From positions 1,268 to 65,267 of the forward strand of contig JAJRWY010000131.1 of the NCBI GenBank assembly GCA_024276575.1: DNA of 64,000 nucleotides, written 5' to 3'. Within the stretch, counting starts at the first letter, position 1. Every line of letters begins with the position of its first letter. The notes under the pieces were generated by a model, which made no database searches, was not told the DNA's origin, and saw only the letters and a program-made list of their open reading frames with translations. Positions 10,376 to 19,852 of this stretch are shown one piece after another. A program made the translations under genes and the position numbers. Origin of the DNA: Candidatus Binatota bacterium. GTDB lineage: Bacteria > Desulfobacterota > Binatia > UBA1149 > CAITLU01.

Positions 10376-10478
10376 CGCTTTCGGTGCCGTCGGGCGTATA
10401 TCGTGCGGCGGCTGTAGCGCGGCGAGAGCCGGGTAGTAGGGATGGGGTCGGGGAAAGGGGGAGATCCAAGGAGTTGTC

Positions 10479-11273
10479 ATGAGTTTCAAAGATATCTTGG
10501 TCGACCGCAGCGACGGGGTCGAGTGGATACGCATCAATCGTGAGGAACGCGGGAACCGCTTCACATACACCACTGTGCGCGAAATGATCGACGCGCTCGA
10601 GCGTGCGCGTCGTGATATCGAGTGCCGCAGTATCGTCATCAGCGGCGTCGGGAACAAATTCTTCTGTATCGGCGGGGATCATGAAGGAGCCCACGTAGAA
10701 GACGAAGAGATGTTACTGCACTACGGTAACACTTTCCCGGTGGTCGACCTTTACGATCTGATCGACAAGACTCCCAAACCGGTCATCGCCATGGTCAACG
10801 GGTATGCGGTGGGCGGCGGCAACGTCCTGGCCCTGATTTGCGATCTCACCATCGCTTCATCGAAAGCCGTGTTTCGACAAGTGGGCCCTTTGATGGGGAG
10901 TTTCGACGCGGGTTTCGGTACCTGGTACCTGGAGGCGGCGGTCGGGCGTAAGAAGGCCAAAGAGATATGGATGTTGAATCGTAAGTACAGCGCGGCGCAA
11001 GCGCTCGACATGGGGTTGATCAACGAAGTGGTCGAACCTGAGGAGCTACGCGATCACGTCGCTGCACTTTGCGCCGAATTGGCCGAGCGTGGGCCGCAGG
11101 CCCTTGCTGCTCTGAAAGCCTCCTTTCATGCTTGCCACAACGGCGTGGCCGGACTGTCGCGGGTGGCCCTGGATTTACTTACTCCGAACTATTATCGCAG
11201 CCAGGAGTCGGGCGAGCTTGGCCGTTCTTTTGCTGCTGGAGAACCGCCGGACCAGGGCAAGTTCCACCGCTAG
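10479..11273 (+). CDS. enoyl-CoA hydratase/isomerase (crotonase superfamily)
   Basis: Crotonase-fold motifs (ISGVGNKFFCIGGD, VNGYAVGGGNVLALICD). Confidence 0.75.
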   Translation: MSFKDILVDRSDGVEWIRINREERGNRFTYTTVREMIDALERARRDIECRSIVISGVGNKFFCIGGDHEGAHVEDEEMLLHYGNTFPVVDLYDLIDKTPKPVIAMVNGYAVGGGNVLALICDLTIASSKAVFRQVGPLMGSFDAGFGTWYLEAAVGRKKAKEIWMLNRKYSAAQALDMGLINEVVEPEELRDHVAALCAELAERGPQALAALKASFHACHNGVAGLSRVALDLLTPNYYRSQESGELGRSFAAGEPPDQGKFHR

Positions 11274-11297
11274 CCCGACCCGGGTTTCCCCGCCTGG

Positions 11298-11489
11298 CCC
11301 GCATAATCAATGAAACCTCGTCGCGAGAGTGGCGAGCGTCAATGAGATCGGCCAGATAGGCACACGCGCATCGATGAGGCCCGCAGGCGTACTAACGAGT
11401 GCCGAGAAGTGGTGAGCCTTGAGTCGGCGAACGGGCCGGGATTGCGGGCGATTGAGGCTCGAAGCAGAGGTTTCATTAATAATGCGGGC
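11298..11489. repeat. MITE/REP-like intergenic repeat, full-length copy B
   Basis: Terminal inverted repeats GCCCGCATAATCAATGAAACCTC / reverse complement CGCCCGCATTATTAATGAAACCTC. The internal sequence (GGCGAACGGGCCGGGATTGCGGGCGATTGAGGCTCGAAGCAGAGG) is shared with copies A and C. Confidence 0.65.
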
Positions 11490-12201
11490 GAGCTGAGTAT
11501 AGGAGCCGGCGTGACTGACTTTCGTCGAGTCCGAAGGAATCGGCCAGGATGAGTTCCATGTTGCGCTCGACGTAGGTGCTCGAGAGAGCAAGCGTGACTG
11601 ACGGATGCTTGGCCACGATTAGCGATGCTGGTGGGGAGCCGTCGAGTTCGACCTGTGACAACACCACCCAAGCCCCAGGCGGGTCGGAAATGAACTCGAT
11701 CGCGATCTTTACCTGGCGGTGGTGCTGCTTGATCGAAGCAGCGGACCGCGGCATTGCTGCCCCACGGGGTGGGGCGGAGTCCTCGCCGAATCTCTCCAGG
11801 GCCTCTATGTAGGATTTCGCATCTTCATGCCCGATTTTACCGGCCGGCCAATTCGATAGTTCGGCCTCACGCAGTTTGGCGGTGACTCGCGAGTAGAGAA
11901 ATGTGCTCAGTACCGTCTCGACCACCAAGGCGTTTCCGCGTCGTATGAGGCGAACCTCTCCTATGGGCTTACGCTCGCGCGGGACCGCGCTGCGGGCGAT
12001 TATGATCTGCTTGCTTTCGTCGAGCTGGACCGCGCCGCCGGCGTCCCCGTAAGCTATGTTGCCGGTGTCGTCCGTAGCGGTTTCCGCCAAGGCGGGACGG
12101 TCGTGGCCAGCAAAAACATATGCACAGACGGCCGCGACGAGGATTCGACTCGCCGTGAGAAGCGCGGTGCTGTTGGCTTCGTGGGTTCGGAAGGTATTCA
12201 T
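11476..12201 (-). CDS. secreted hypothetical protein
   Basis: Signal peptide after MNTFRTHE; no recognisable domain; last gene of the minus-strand cluster. Confidence 0.35.
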   Translation of the reverse strand: MNTFRTHEANSTALLTASRILVAAVCAYVFAGHDRPALAETATDDTGNIAYGDAGGAVQLDESKQIIIARSAVPRERKPIGEVRLIRRGNALVVETVLSTFLYSRVTAKLREAELSNWPAGKIGHEDAKSYIEALERFGEDSAPPRGAAMPRSAASIKQHHRQVKIAIEFISDPPGAWVVLSQVELDGSPPASLIVAKHPSVTLALSSTYVERNMELILADSFGLDESQSRRLLYSARPHY

Positions 12202-14516
12202 GCCGGCGGCCGCCGAGGGCCGGTAACGATCAAGAGAGCGGGCAAGACGAAGAGATCGCATAAAAGAGCCGTGAGCATCGACAGGCCGGCCAGGAACGAG
12301 AACTGAACGGTTGGTTGAAAGCTGCCTAAACAGCCGACCCAGAAACCCGAAGCCAGTACCAGCGAAGATACTACCAGCGCGGCTCCGATACGTGTGGTTG
12401 TCGCTTCGATCGCGGCGGACTCGCCGCCGCCGCGCTCGCGCAGGAAATTCATGAGGTAGTGGACAGTGTCGTCCACCGCGATGCCGATTACCACGGACGC
12501 GATCATCACCGTGCCACTACTCAACTCGACGCCCGCATAACCCATCATCCCAGCCGTCCATAGCACGGGCAACAGGTTGGGCACTACCGCGACGAACATC
12601 AAGCGGCGCGATCGAAACAGAACGCCGATCGTGCCGAATGCCAGAGCAAAGGCCAGCGCGAAAGATTTTATCTGCGTCGCGACAAGGCGGTTGGAGTCGC
12701 GTGCCACTTGATAGAAAGATCCCGTTGCGATGAGCTTGTAGGTGTTCCCCAACGTAGCGCGGGCAGACGAACGTACACGGCGAACGATTCGGGCCGCTTG
12801 TGCCGTACCGGCGACATGGACCGAGACGCGTAAGCGCGCAGTAACGTGATCGGGGGAAAGTAAACGGCGAAGCATTTCGACCTCGTCGCTTGACTCGAGG
12901 ATCTCGAGATAGGCGGCGAGAGAGTCGTCGTCTGCCGGCAGGGCGAGTGTAGTGGCTCCGCTTTCGGCCCGGTGCAACTGTTTGAGCAATGGCAGCAGGC
13001 TCCACACCCCGGTGATGGCGGGATCACCATGCAGGGACTTGGCAAACTCATCGAGTGTGATGAAGTCGGCAGCGTTCAACGGGGCATGGTCGCGTCGTGC
13101 GACGGTCAGTTCCAGATTGTTAGGCCCGGTGAGACTGCGATCCACGAATAAAGTATCGACTCTCAAACGGCTGTCGTTGCGCAAGAAGCGGATAAGGTCG
13201 GTGTTGTTGCGAATCTGTGGAACTCCTGCCGCCGAGATTATGGCGAGTAGAGCTGCGATCTTCAGAATGTCTCGCGGCCGGTTTCGGCAGATCCGAGCCA
13301 CGCCACGCAACATGGGCTCGAGCAACCGACCCAGGGGGGCTTGTGAGCCGGGCACCGCAGGGGATGGCGGAGTAAGAAAACTCAGAGCGGCCGGCGTAAG
13401 GGTGATTCCCACGAGGAAGGAGAGCATCACCCCGAAGGCCGCAAATGTACCAAAATAGCGGATTGCCGGGATATCGCTCAACGCCAAGGAGCCGAATCCG
13501 AAGGCGGTGGTGAGTGCGGCTACGAAGCAAGGCGCCCGGAGTTTTACGACGATCTGCGCGAGCCGTCGTAGAGGATCGCGTGTCGTGGAGTGAATCCAAG
13601 CGTAATAGATATGAACGCTGGTACTGATCGAAAGTACGGTGACCGCCGGGGCAAGCAGCGAGGTGATCGGATTGAGTTTGAGCCCGGCCAGGCTGTAGCA
13701 TCCGAGAGTAGCGGCTAGGCTGACCACGGTGACCAGTAGCGGCAGGAATACTCCTGAAAAGCGGCCGAACGAAAGCGCCAGCACCAATGCGATCACTACC
13801 AACGATACCGGCAACAACAGTAACTCATCTCGCCGGACTTGCACGGCGACATCGTGTTTCTGCAACGCTATACCCGTGAGGTGCAGCTCGGTTTCCGCGC
13901 TTTCGGACTCCGCGACTATGCCGCGCAAAGCCGTGATAAGGCCGTTTGGGGACGCTACGCTTTGCGAGTCCGGTTGAATCAGAATCGCTGCCGTCGAACG
14001 GTCCGCCGAAATCAGCAGCCCGGTCAGATGAGGATTGCGGTCTAGTGCCTCTTCGATGCTGTGCCTGAAGCTTTCCGGCGAAGAAGCATACGCTGGTTTC
14101 TGCGGTGTCCCATCGATGGGCGTAAGAGGGACGCTTTCGGCGCCGCTAGGGCCACTTATTATCTGGCTGGCGTTGGCTAGGCTGTATACCCGTTCGACCG
14201 AGCCCAGCGCTGCGATTCGCGAGCTGATGGACGCCAGGGTTCGCAAACCTTGGGGAGACAGTAAGTCCTCTCGAGTCACGGTCAGCAGGAACTCCTCGTC
14301 ATCCCCGAAGACCTGCTTGAAGTGTGGGTATATGCGTAGTTGTTGGCGGCTACGAGCGTTCAGCGCCTCGCTGCCGTGATCTATCTCGAGATCTCGCAGT
14401 TGTAGCGCGCAGAAGACCGTGAATAGGGCTATCGCGAGCAGATATAGGTAGCGCCAACGTAGGAACGCTAGGGATTCATTTCGTAAGCCCCTGAAAGAGC
14501 GTGGACTTGGTGCCAT
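12198..14516 (-). CDS. MMPL/RND-superfamily exporter (HpnN-like)
   Basis: 772 aa with two 6-TM bundles around large periplasmic loops, typical of SSD/MMPL transporters. Its start overlaps the acyl-CoA dehydrogenase end, so the true start may be an internal alternative codon. Confidence 0.65.
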   Translation of the reverse strand: MAPSPRSFRGLRNESLAFLRWRYLYLLAIALFTVFCALQLRDLEIDHGSEALNARSRQQLRIYPHFKQVFGDDEEFLLTVTREDLLSPQGLRTLASISSRIAALGSVERVYSLANASQIISGPSGAESVPLTPIDGTPQKPAYASSPESFRHSIEEALDRNPHLTGLLISADRSTAAILIQPDSQSVASPNGLITALRGIVAESESAETELHLTGIALQKHDVAVQVRRDELLLLPVSLVVIALVLALSFGRFSGVFLPLLVTVVSLAATLGCYSLAGLKLNPITSLLAPAVTVLSISTSVHIYYAWIHSTTRDPLRRLAQIVVKLRAPCFVAALTTAFGFGSLALSDIPAIRYFGTFAAFGVMLSFLVGITLTPAALSFLTPPSPAVPGSQAPLGRLLEPMLRGVARICRNRPRDILKIAALLAIISAAGVPQIRNNTDLIRFLRNDSRLRVDTLFVDRSLTGPNNLELTVARRDHAPLNAADFITLDEFAKSLHGDPAITGVWSLLPLLKQLHRAESGATTLALPADDDSLAAYLEILESSDEVEMLRRLLSPDHVTARLRVSVHVAGTAQAARIVRRVRSSARATLGNTYKLIATGSFYQVARDSNRLVATQIKSFALAFALAFGTIGVLFRSRRLMFVAVVPNLLPVLWTAGMMGYAGVELSSGTVMIASVVIGIAVDDTVHYLMNFLRERGGGESAAIEATTTRIGAALVVSSLVLASGFWVGCLGSFQPTVQFSFLAGLSMLTALLCDLFVLPALLIVTGPRRPPA

Positions 14517-16162
14517 ACTTTTTGGTAGCGCTCGGGGTCGACGGCCGGTTTCTTGATCATACGCATGCAGCAGTCCATTTGAGTCTCGGAGGTGCTGGCT
14601 TTGCCGTAGAGTGTCAGCGCGTGTTTGGAGACGTCACGGATCATGAAGTCGAAGATTTGATCGACCAGCGCATCTTCGATGCCGTAGATTCGCGCATTTT
14701 CCAGTATCAACTGCCCGTAGACCACACAGACGAAGATCTCGCCGGCAGCCATGAGCAGATCGACGTCTTTGCGCTGCTGTTCGTCTGGCGGCGCGGTCAT
14801 CAGCATTTCCTTGAATACTTCGATTTGCTCCTTGAACAGTGCGACGTTGGGGAGGTCGAATTCGTCGAATATCGGGGCGGGGTCATGGAAACGGATCTTA
14901 CCCAGTCCCCGTGTGGGCGCTTGCCGGAACAAGTAGGAGTCGTCCGAGGGATCGTCACGGCGCTCGACCAAGGGGTACTCGGCACTGTTGAAGAAATAGT
15001 TCGGCATGAACTTCAAGATCAGCGCGATATTGACGTGGACGGTACCTTCCAGTTTCGGAAGAGCACGGATATCGCGTGCCGCCGCTTCGAAGTAGGTGTC
15101 TTCTTCGAAGCCCTTGGCGGCGATGGCATCCCACATACTGTTGATCACATCCTCTCCCTGAGTGGTCACTTTCATTTTGACCACCGGGTTGTAGAGCAGG
15201 TAACGCCGGTCGTCGTCCGAAGCGCTGCGCATGTAGTCCGCTGCGCGCAAAGCTACCAGTTTCATCGCGACCAGCCGTGTGTAGGCGTCAACGAACATCT
15301 GCTGCACGTGGGAAAAGTCGGTGACGTACATGCCGTAAAGGCGGCGGTTGGCCGCGTGAGTGATCGCTTCATACAGAGCGTGGGTGCAGATTCCTATAGA
15401 TGCCCAGCCGAGGTTGAATTTGCCGATGTTGACCGTGTTCAACGCGGCATTCCAGGCGTCGTCTCCACGGTGGAGAATATCCGTTTCTTTTACCGGGTAG
15501 TCGTGTAGCGCGAAGTGGGCAACGAAATTCTGGCTGTTACATACGTTCTTCACGACCTCGAAGCATTCGTGCTGCGAGTCGGCAACAAAGAACACGTAGT
15601 CTCCACTGCCGGCCATTTTGCCGAATACCGAAACCATGCGTGCCTTGTTGGCGTTCCCGATGTAGTACTTCTCGCCGTTCGCGCTAAAGCCGCCGTCCGG
15701 GTTCGGGCTCAGTGTCATTGCGGTGGAGTAGACGTCGGCGCCATGATCTTTCTCCGACAAGCCGAAGGCGAAGATCTCTCCCTGTCGTAGTAGCTCGGCT
15801 GCCCGTTCTTTCTGCTCCTCGTTGCTGCTCATCCACACCGGTCCCAGGCCAAGGACCGAGACCTGCCATGTGTACCAGTACTGGAGCCCGTAAAAGCCGA
15901 GGATTTCCGCGAATTCGCAGATCCTCCAGGTGTCCCAGCGCGCGTCGGGCTTGCCGTATCCGGAGGGAGTCAAGATGTCGGCGAACAGTGACTCGGCTCC
16001 GGCGTGTTCGAGGAAATCTCCGTACCACTCGCGCTCGTGATCGGCATCCTTTAGTTTCCTCTTCCCTCGCTCTTCGAAAAAGTCGATGGTGCGGAGCATC
16101 AGCTCGCGCGAGCGCTGGTCGGGATAAGGACGCACATGTTGCTTGGGATTGAGAAGAATCAT
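14468..16162 (-). CDS. acyl-CoA dehydrogenase family protein
   Basis: About 560-aa ACAD fold (EKDHGADVYSTAM, GEKYYIGNANKA). Confidence 0.7.
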   Translation of the reverse strand: MILLNPKQHVRPYPDQRSRELMLRTIDFFEERGKRKLKDADHEREWYGDFLEHAGAESLFADILTPSGYGKPDARWDTWRICEFAEILGFYGLQYWYTWQVSVLGLGPVWMSSNEEQKERAAELLRQGEIFAFGLSEKDHGADVYSTAMTLSPNPDGGFSANGEKYYIGNANKARMVSVFGKMAGSGDYVFFVADSQHECFEVVKNVCNSQNFVAHFALHDYPVKETDILHRGDDAWNAALNTVNIGKFNLGWASIGICTHALYEAITHAANRRLYGMYVTDFSHVQQMFVDAYTRLVAMKLVALRAADYMRSASDDDRRYLLYNPVVKMKVTTQGEDVINSMWDAIAAKGFEEDTYFEAAARDIRALPKLEGTVHVNIALILKFMPNYFFNSAEYPLVERRDDPSDDSYLFRQAPTRGLGKIRFHDPAPIFDEFDLPNVALFKEQIEVFKEMLMTAPPDEQQRKDVDLLMAAGEIFVCVVYGQLILENARIYGIEDALVDQIFDFMIRDVSKHALTLYGKASTSETQMDCCMRMIKKPAVDPERYQKVWHQVHALSGAYEMNP

Positions 16163-16230
16163 GCAGAGCCTCCACTGCGGACTGGCGGCAATCCTTACAC
16201 GGGCGTTCTGCGGAGTTTAACGGCGAAGCT

Positions 16231-16300
16231 CTGCGCTGCGACGGTACTGGACCCGATACGACGGTACTGGATCCGATACGGCGGACGGTGCCGGCCCCGA
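16231..16300. repeat. 20-bp tandem direct repeat (GACGGTACTGGAYCCGATAC x2 plus a degenerate third unit)
   Basis: Seen directly between the diiron-oxygenase gene and the acyl-CoA dehydrogenase gene. Confidence 0.7.
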
Positions 16301-16332
16301 TGCGGCGGAGAGCTTCGGTGTAGTATTGTTTG

Positions 16333-17481
16333 CTACTGGAGTTGTGTTGCGGACTCCCCGCTACGGACTCTGCGCTCCTCTTCAATGTCAGCGTCAACGT
16401 CGGAAGTGGTGTTGTGCTCGTGCTGAAGTATGTCCAATGCGGCGAAGCGCTCTCTTTGACGATCCGAAAGCAGCCCGAGGCTTTTTACGTTGGGCACGAT
16501 CTTCGAAAACAGCCGGTGTCTGAACTCCTTGGCCAGCGGAGACTGCATGGTCGCTTCTATGCAAGCGTCGGCGTCGAGCCCCATGCGCTCCCAAACTTCC
16601 CGGTTCAGAATCCTGTCGCGCATCAAGACCGCGGCCTCAAAGATGAAGTCCTCGCGCTCGAGCCGGTCCTTCTCGCTTAGATCTTCGCAGAACTCACGTA
16701 GGCTCAGGACACCGAAAGCCACGTGGCGGGTCTCGTCTTCCATCACGGCAGCGGTAAGATCGCGTAGAAGCGCATTGGTAGTAGTGTCGCGGATGGTTCC
16801 GAACGCTGCCAGTGCCAATCCCTCCACCATTATCTGCATGCCCAGAAACTTCATGTCCCAGCGCGAGTCGGTGAGGATGATGTCGAGAAGCTTCCTCAAC
16901 TCGGGGTTGATCGGATATTCGTGTTCGAGTTTTTCGGTCAGGAAGCGGCGGTAGACTTCGACGTGCCGTGCTTCGTCCATGACCTGCGTGGAGGCGTATT
17001 GCTTGCCTTCGTACCACGGCACCGTGTCCACGAGTTGCGCGGTGGCCAGTAGAGCACCCTGCTCACCGTGCAGAAACTGCGCAAGCTGCCAGGTGACCGC
17101 TTCATGTCGCAAGCGGCGTTTTTCCTTGTCGGTCATCTTGTTCCACATGTCGGTGCCGTAGATACCGATGCCCATGTCGGGGATGAGTTCGCTCTCAGGG
17201 TCCACGTCGATACTCCAGTCGAGCCGGTCGGTGGAATTCCACTGGTAGCGCTTCGCGTTCTCGTACAAACGCATGAGCTTTTCCCGGTCGGCGTCGTAAC
17301 ACCAGTTGTAGGCAACGCTTTGTGAGACCTCGAGTTGCTCTACTGCGGGGTCGGCGGTGAGGTGAAATGTTCGGGGTGTGCTGTTCATGTCCTGTCTCCT
17401 GCTTGGGGTGTTGCCCTTGTACCATTGGGCCCTTGTACCATTGGGATCGGGTGGGGATGTCTCGCGCATGTTTTGCTCCAT
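16333..17481 (-). CDS. ferritin-like diiron oxygenase (AurF-like)
   Basis: Two ExxH motifs (MDEARHVEVY, MEDETRHVAFG) plus additional carboxylates in a four-helix arrangement. Confidence 0.5.
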   Translation of the reverse strand: MEQNMRETSPPDPNGTRAQWYKGNTPSRRQDMNSTPRTFHLTADPAVEQLEVSQSVAYNWCYDADREKLMRLYENAKRYQWNSTDRLDWSIDVDPESELIPDMGIGIYGTDMWNKMTDKEKRRLRHEAVTWQLAQFLHGEQGALLATAQLVDTVPWYEGKQYASTQVMDEARHVEVYRRFLTEKLEHEYPINPELRKLLDIILTDSRWDMKFLGMQIMVEGLALAAFGTIRDTTTNALLRDLTAAVMEDETRHVAFGVLSLREFCEDLSEKDRLEREDFIFEAAVLMRDRILNREVWERMGLDADACIEATMQSPLAKEFRHRLFSKIVPNVKSLGLLSDRQRERFAALDILQHEHNTTSDVDADIEEERRVRSGESATQLQ

Positions 17482-17513
17482 TGCTCAGCTCGTGAGCCGG
17501 CGCTCTCGCCGGT

Positions 17514-18170
17514 TCAAACGACCCCCAGGTAAGCCGTAAATAAACGTCCCAGCTCGCCGGCCAGACCTTCGTCGTCGTCGACCAGTTCCGCGACCGGTAT
17601 GCGTACCGGATTGGTCAACGCTCCGATAACTACATGCAGCCCCAAGGCTGCCGCTAGGGATGGGTCGGGGTGGGAAATGTGTTCCCGATGGTCGATCAGC
17701 AGGTCGTTTAGACGGCCGCAAATGTACTCGAGCAATTCTTCGGTGCTTTCACGCATCGCCGCATCACAAGAGCTACGCTGCATGAAGGCGCTGAACAGGC
17801 CGTCTCGCTCGCGGTGGATCTGCACCAGGAAACTCGTGAAGGCGTAAACGATATTTTCCAGGCTGGCCCCGGCCCAGCGTGTGGGTTCGAGGGCCACGTC
17901 GGTGGTCGCGCGCGCGTCGGCCGAAAAGCGGGCGTGCAGGGCGTGGAGCAGGCCTTCTTTGTCGCGGAAACGGCGATAGAAAGCTCCAACCGAGGATCCG
18001 GCGTGTTTGGCGATCTCGGCGATGGAGATCTCATCAAAGCTTTTCTCGGCCAGGAGTTCTTCGGCCGCGTCGAGGATGCGGGTAAGTCCCGCCCGCGTGC
18101 GCTCTTGTTGCGGTGCGCGCACCCATTGGAGCACGGCGGGAGATTGTATTGTTGCTACTTGCGCCATCAC
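17514..18170 (-). CDS. TetR-family transcriptional regulator
   Basis: N-terminal TetR HTH (RILDAAEELLAEKSFDEISIAEIAKHAGSSVGAFYRRF). Confidence 0.8.
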   Translation of the reverse strand: MMAQVATIQSPAVLQWVRAPQQERTRAGLTRILDAAEELLAEKSFDEISIAEIAKHAGSSVGAFYRRFRDKEGLLHALHARFSADARATTDVALEPTRWAGASLENIVYAFTSFLVQIHRERDGLFSAFMQRSSCDAAMRESTEELLEYICGRLNDLLIDHREHISHPDPSLAAALGLHVVIGALTNPVRIPVAELVDDDEGLAGELGRLFTAYLGVV

Positions 18171-18176
18171 GAAAGC

Positions 18177-18196
18177 GGAACCGAAGTTTCGGTTCC
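18177..18196. promoter_or_regulatory. perfect 9-bp inverted repeat GGAACCGAA-GT-TTCGGTTCC, candidate TetR operator
   Basis: Sits immediately upstream of the TetR start in an AT-rich divergent intergenic region (18171-18503). Confidence 0.4.
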
Positions 18197-18503
18197 TGTT
18201 TAGAGAAAAAACACGATACTGTCAAGAAGAGTTCTCAGAAACGTAAAACAGACCATAAAACCACAAGGTTAGCTGAACCTACATACTGAAGGTAAAATGC
18301 GATAATTTGCGAATGCCGCATTGCGTTACCGATGTTCAGGGCTTATTGTTTGTTAGCGGGGATCGTTACGGTGAGAAGCATTCTCCTGGGACGAAGGCTG
18401 GCTCCCCTGTACGGGCTTGCCGCGCGGTGGGCAATCAGGCTAGGAAGGCGCAACTCGTAAGGAGCGAAGCCGGGCCTCGCGGTGGTGGAGGGGAGAAGAG
18501 ATT

Positions 18504-19169
18504 ATGGATATCAAGAGTGAACTTGACAAGTACATGCCGCCCGCATGGCGCGGTTTGCTGGGTTTGGGCGCTGGTCTACGCGAGCCCTTCGAACCCGTGG
18601 ACTTGACGATAATGTTCACGGATATCGACAATTACGCTGCGATCACCGACGAACACGGAGACCGTCGCTCACATAACCTAGTGGGCAGGCATAATCGCAT
18701 CGTGCGCCGGGCTTTGCGCCATAACGGGGGCCATGAGGTCAAGCACACCGGCGACGGAATAATGAGCTATTTTCTGTCGGCGGCGCGGGCGATCGAGTGC
18801 GCCATCGAGATTCAAAGGGAAGTGGCGGAGTCCAATCTGGAGGGCAAGGCGCCGGAGCTTCACATAGCCATAGGCCTCAATACTGGGGCGCCTGTATTCG
18901 AAGACGGCGATTTGTTCGGCACCGCGGTGATAACTGCTGCGCGGGTGACCGATGCCGCAAGGGGTGATGAGATATTGGCCTCCGAGGTGGTGCGGTTGCT
19001 GGCTGCCGGCAAGGGATTCACATTCCTGCCACGCGGGCGCCGGCTGCTCGAGGGACAGCGCGAGCCCGTGGGCCTGTTCGAAGTGGACTGGCATCGCCGC
19101 GAGGCCGCCGCGCTGGAGCAAATGGAGGAAGTGGAGCAAGGCGCAGTCAAAGCGCTTTCTTCCGTTTAG
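18504..19169 (+). CDS. class III nucleotidyl cyclase (CHD) domain protein, possibly degenerate
   Basis: MFTDIDNYAAIT ... HTGDGIMSYF ... resembles an adenylyl/guanylyl cyclase catalytic domain, but the usual GFT motif is altered. Confidence 0.55.
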   Translation: MDIKSELDKYMPPAWRGLLGLGAGLREPFEPVDLTIMFTDIDNYAAITDEHGDRRSHNLVGRHNRIVRRALRHNGGHEVKHTGDGIMSYFLSAARAIECAIEIQREVAESNLEGKAPELHIAIGLNTGAPVFEDGDLFGTAVITAARVTDAARGDEILASEVVRLLAAGKGFTFLPRGRRLLEGQREPVGLFEVDWHRREAAALEQMEEVEQGAVKALSSV

Positions 19170-19189
19170 GGGGGGTACCCCTGCCGGCT

Positions 19190-19624
19190 TCAGGCAAGCG
19201 TTGCGGTCGTGGCTTTCAGTGGCCGGCGGGGCCGGTCCACCCGCAGAGGGCGCAATCCGCTGATATTGCCTTCAAAAAGCCATTGCCAAGCTTTGTCGAT
19301 GTCACGACAGCGGTAGTGCCGGAGCTGAGCGGGCACGAAAGGCCGGAGCACGGCGACATAGGCGGCGTGCCAGCGGGCATCGCCGACTAGCGCGAGGCGG
19401 TCCAGGTCTCCGAAATGCCGCAGGGAAAAACGTATGTCGGCGCAGAATGCCGATAGATCCATGGCCGGGAAAGACTGGAGATGGACCAGCAAGCGTAGGG
19501 ATCCGTATTCCTCTATGATGTGCTCCGAGCGTTGGGCAATCTCATCGAATGCGGGTCTAGTGATTCTCCCGTTCACGCGGACGCCCAAAACCAGCCCGTC
19601 GCTTTCCTCGAGTACTAGCAGCAT
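19190..19624 (-). CDS. STAS/SpoIIAA-like DUF3478 protein
   Basis: MLLVLEESDGLVLGVRVNGRITRPAFDEI ... VGDARWHAAYVAVL fits the DUF3478 pattern. The track's N-terminal extension was rejected. Confidence 0.5.
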   Translation of the reverse strand: MLLVLEESDGLVLGVRVNGRITRPAFDEIAQRSEHIIEEYGSLRLLVHLQSFPAMDLSAFCADIRFSLRHFGDLDRLALVGDARWHAAYVAVLRPFVPAQLRHYRCRDIDKAWQWLFEGNISGLRPLRVDRPRRPLKATTATLA

Positions 19625-19852
19625 CGTTGCAATCCTGAACGCGTCGCGGCCGCCCAAAGGCGCCGCTGCGATTCCGCCGAACATTGCTGCCCGGCGCGGA
19701 GTCCGGTCTGCCTCGGCCAGGGACTCTCGAAATGCAACTGCCAAGTTAGCACATTTCGCGCCGGGCTTCCGCATCGGCAGGCACGGCGTGCACTCGGAAT
19801 TTCCCGGGGCAGTCTGGGGCTGGTTTTCTCGGCTCCAAGGAGTCAGCATAAC

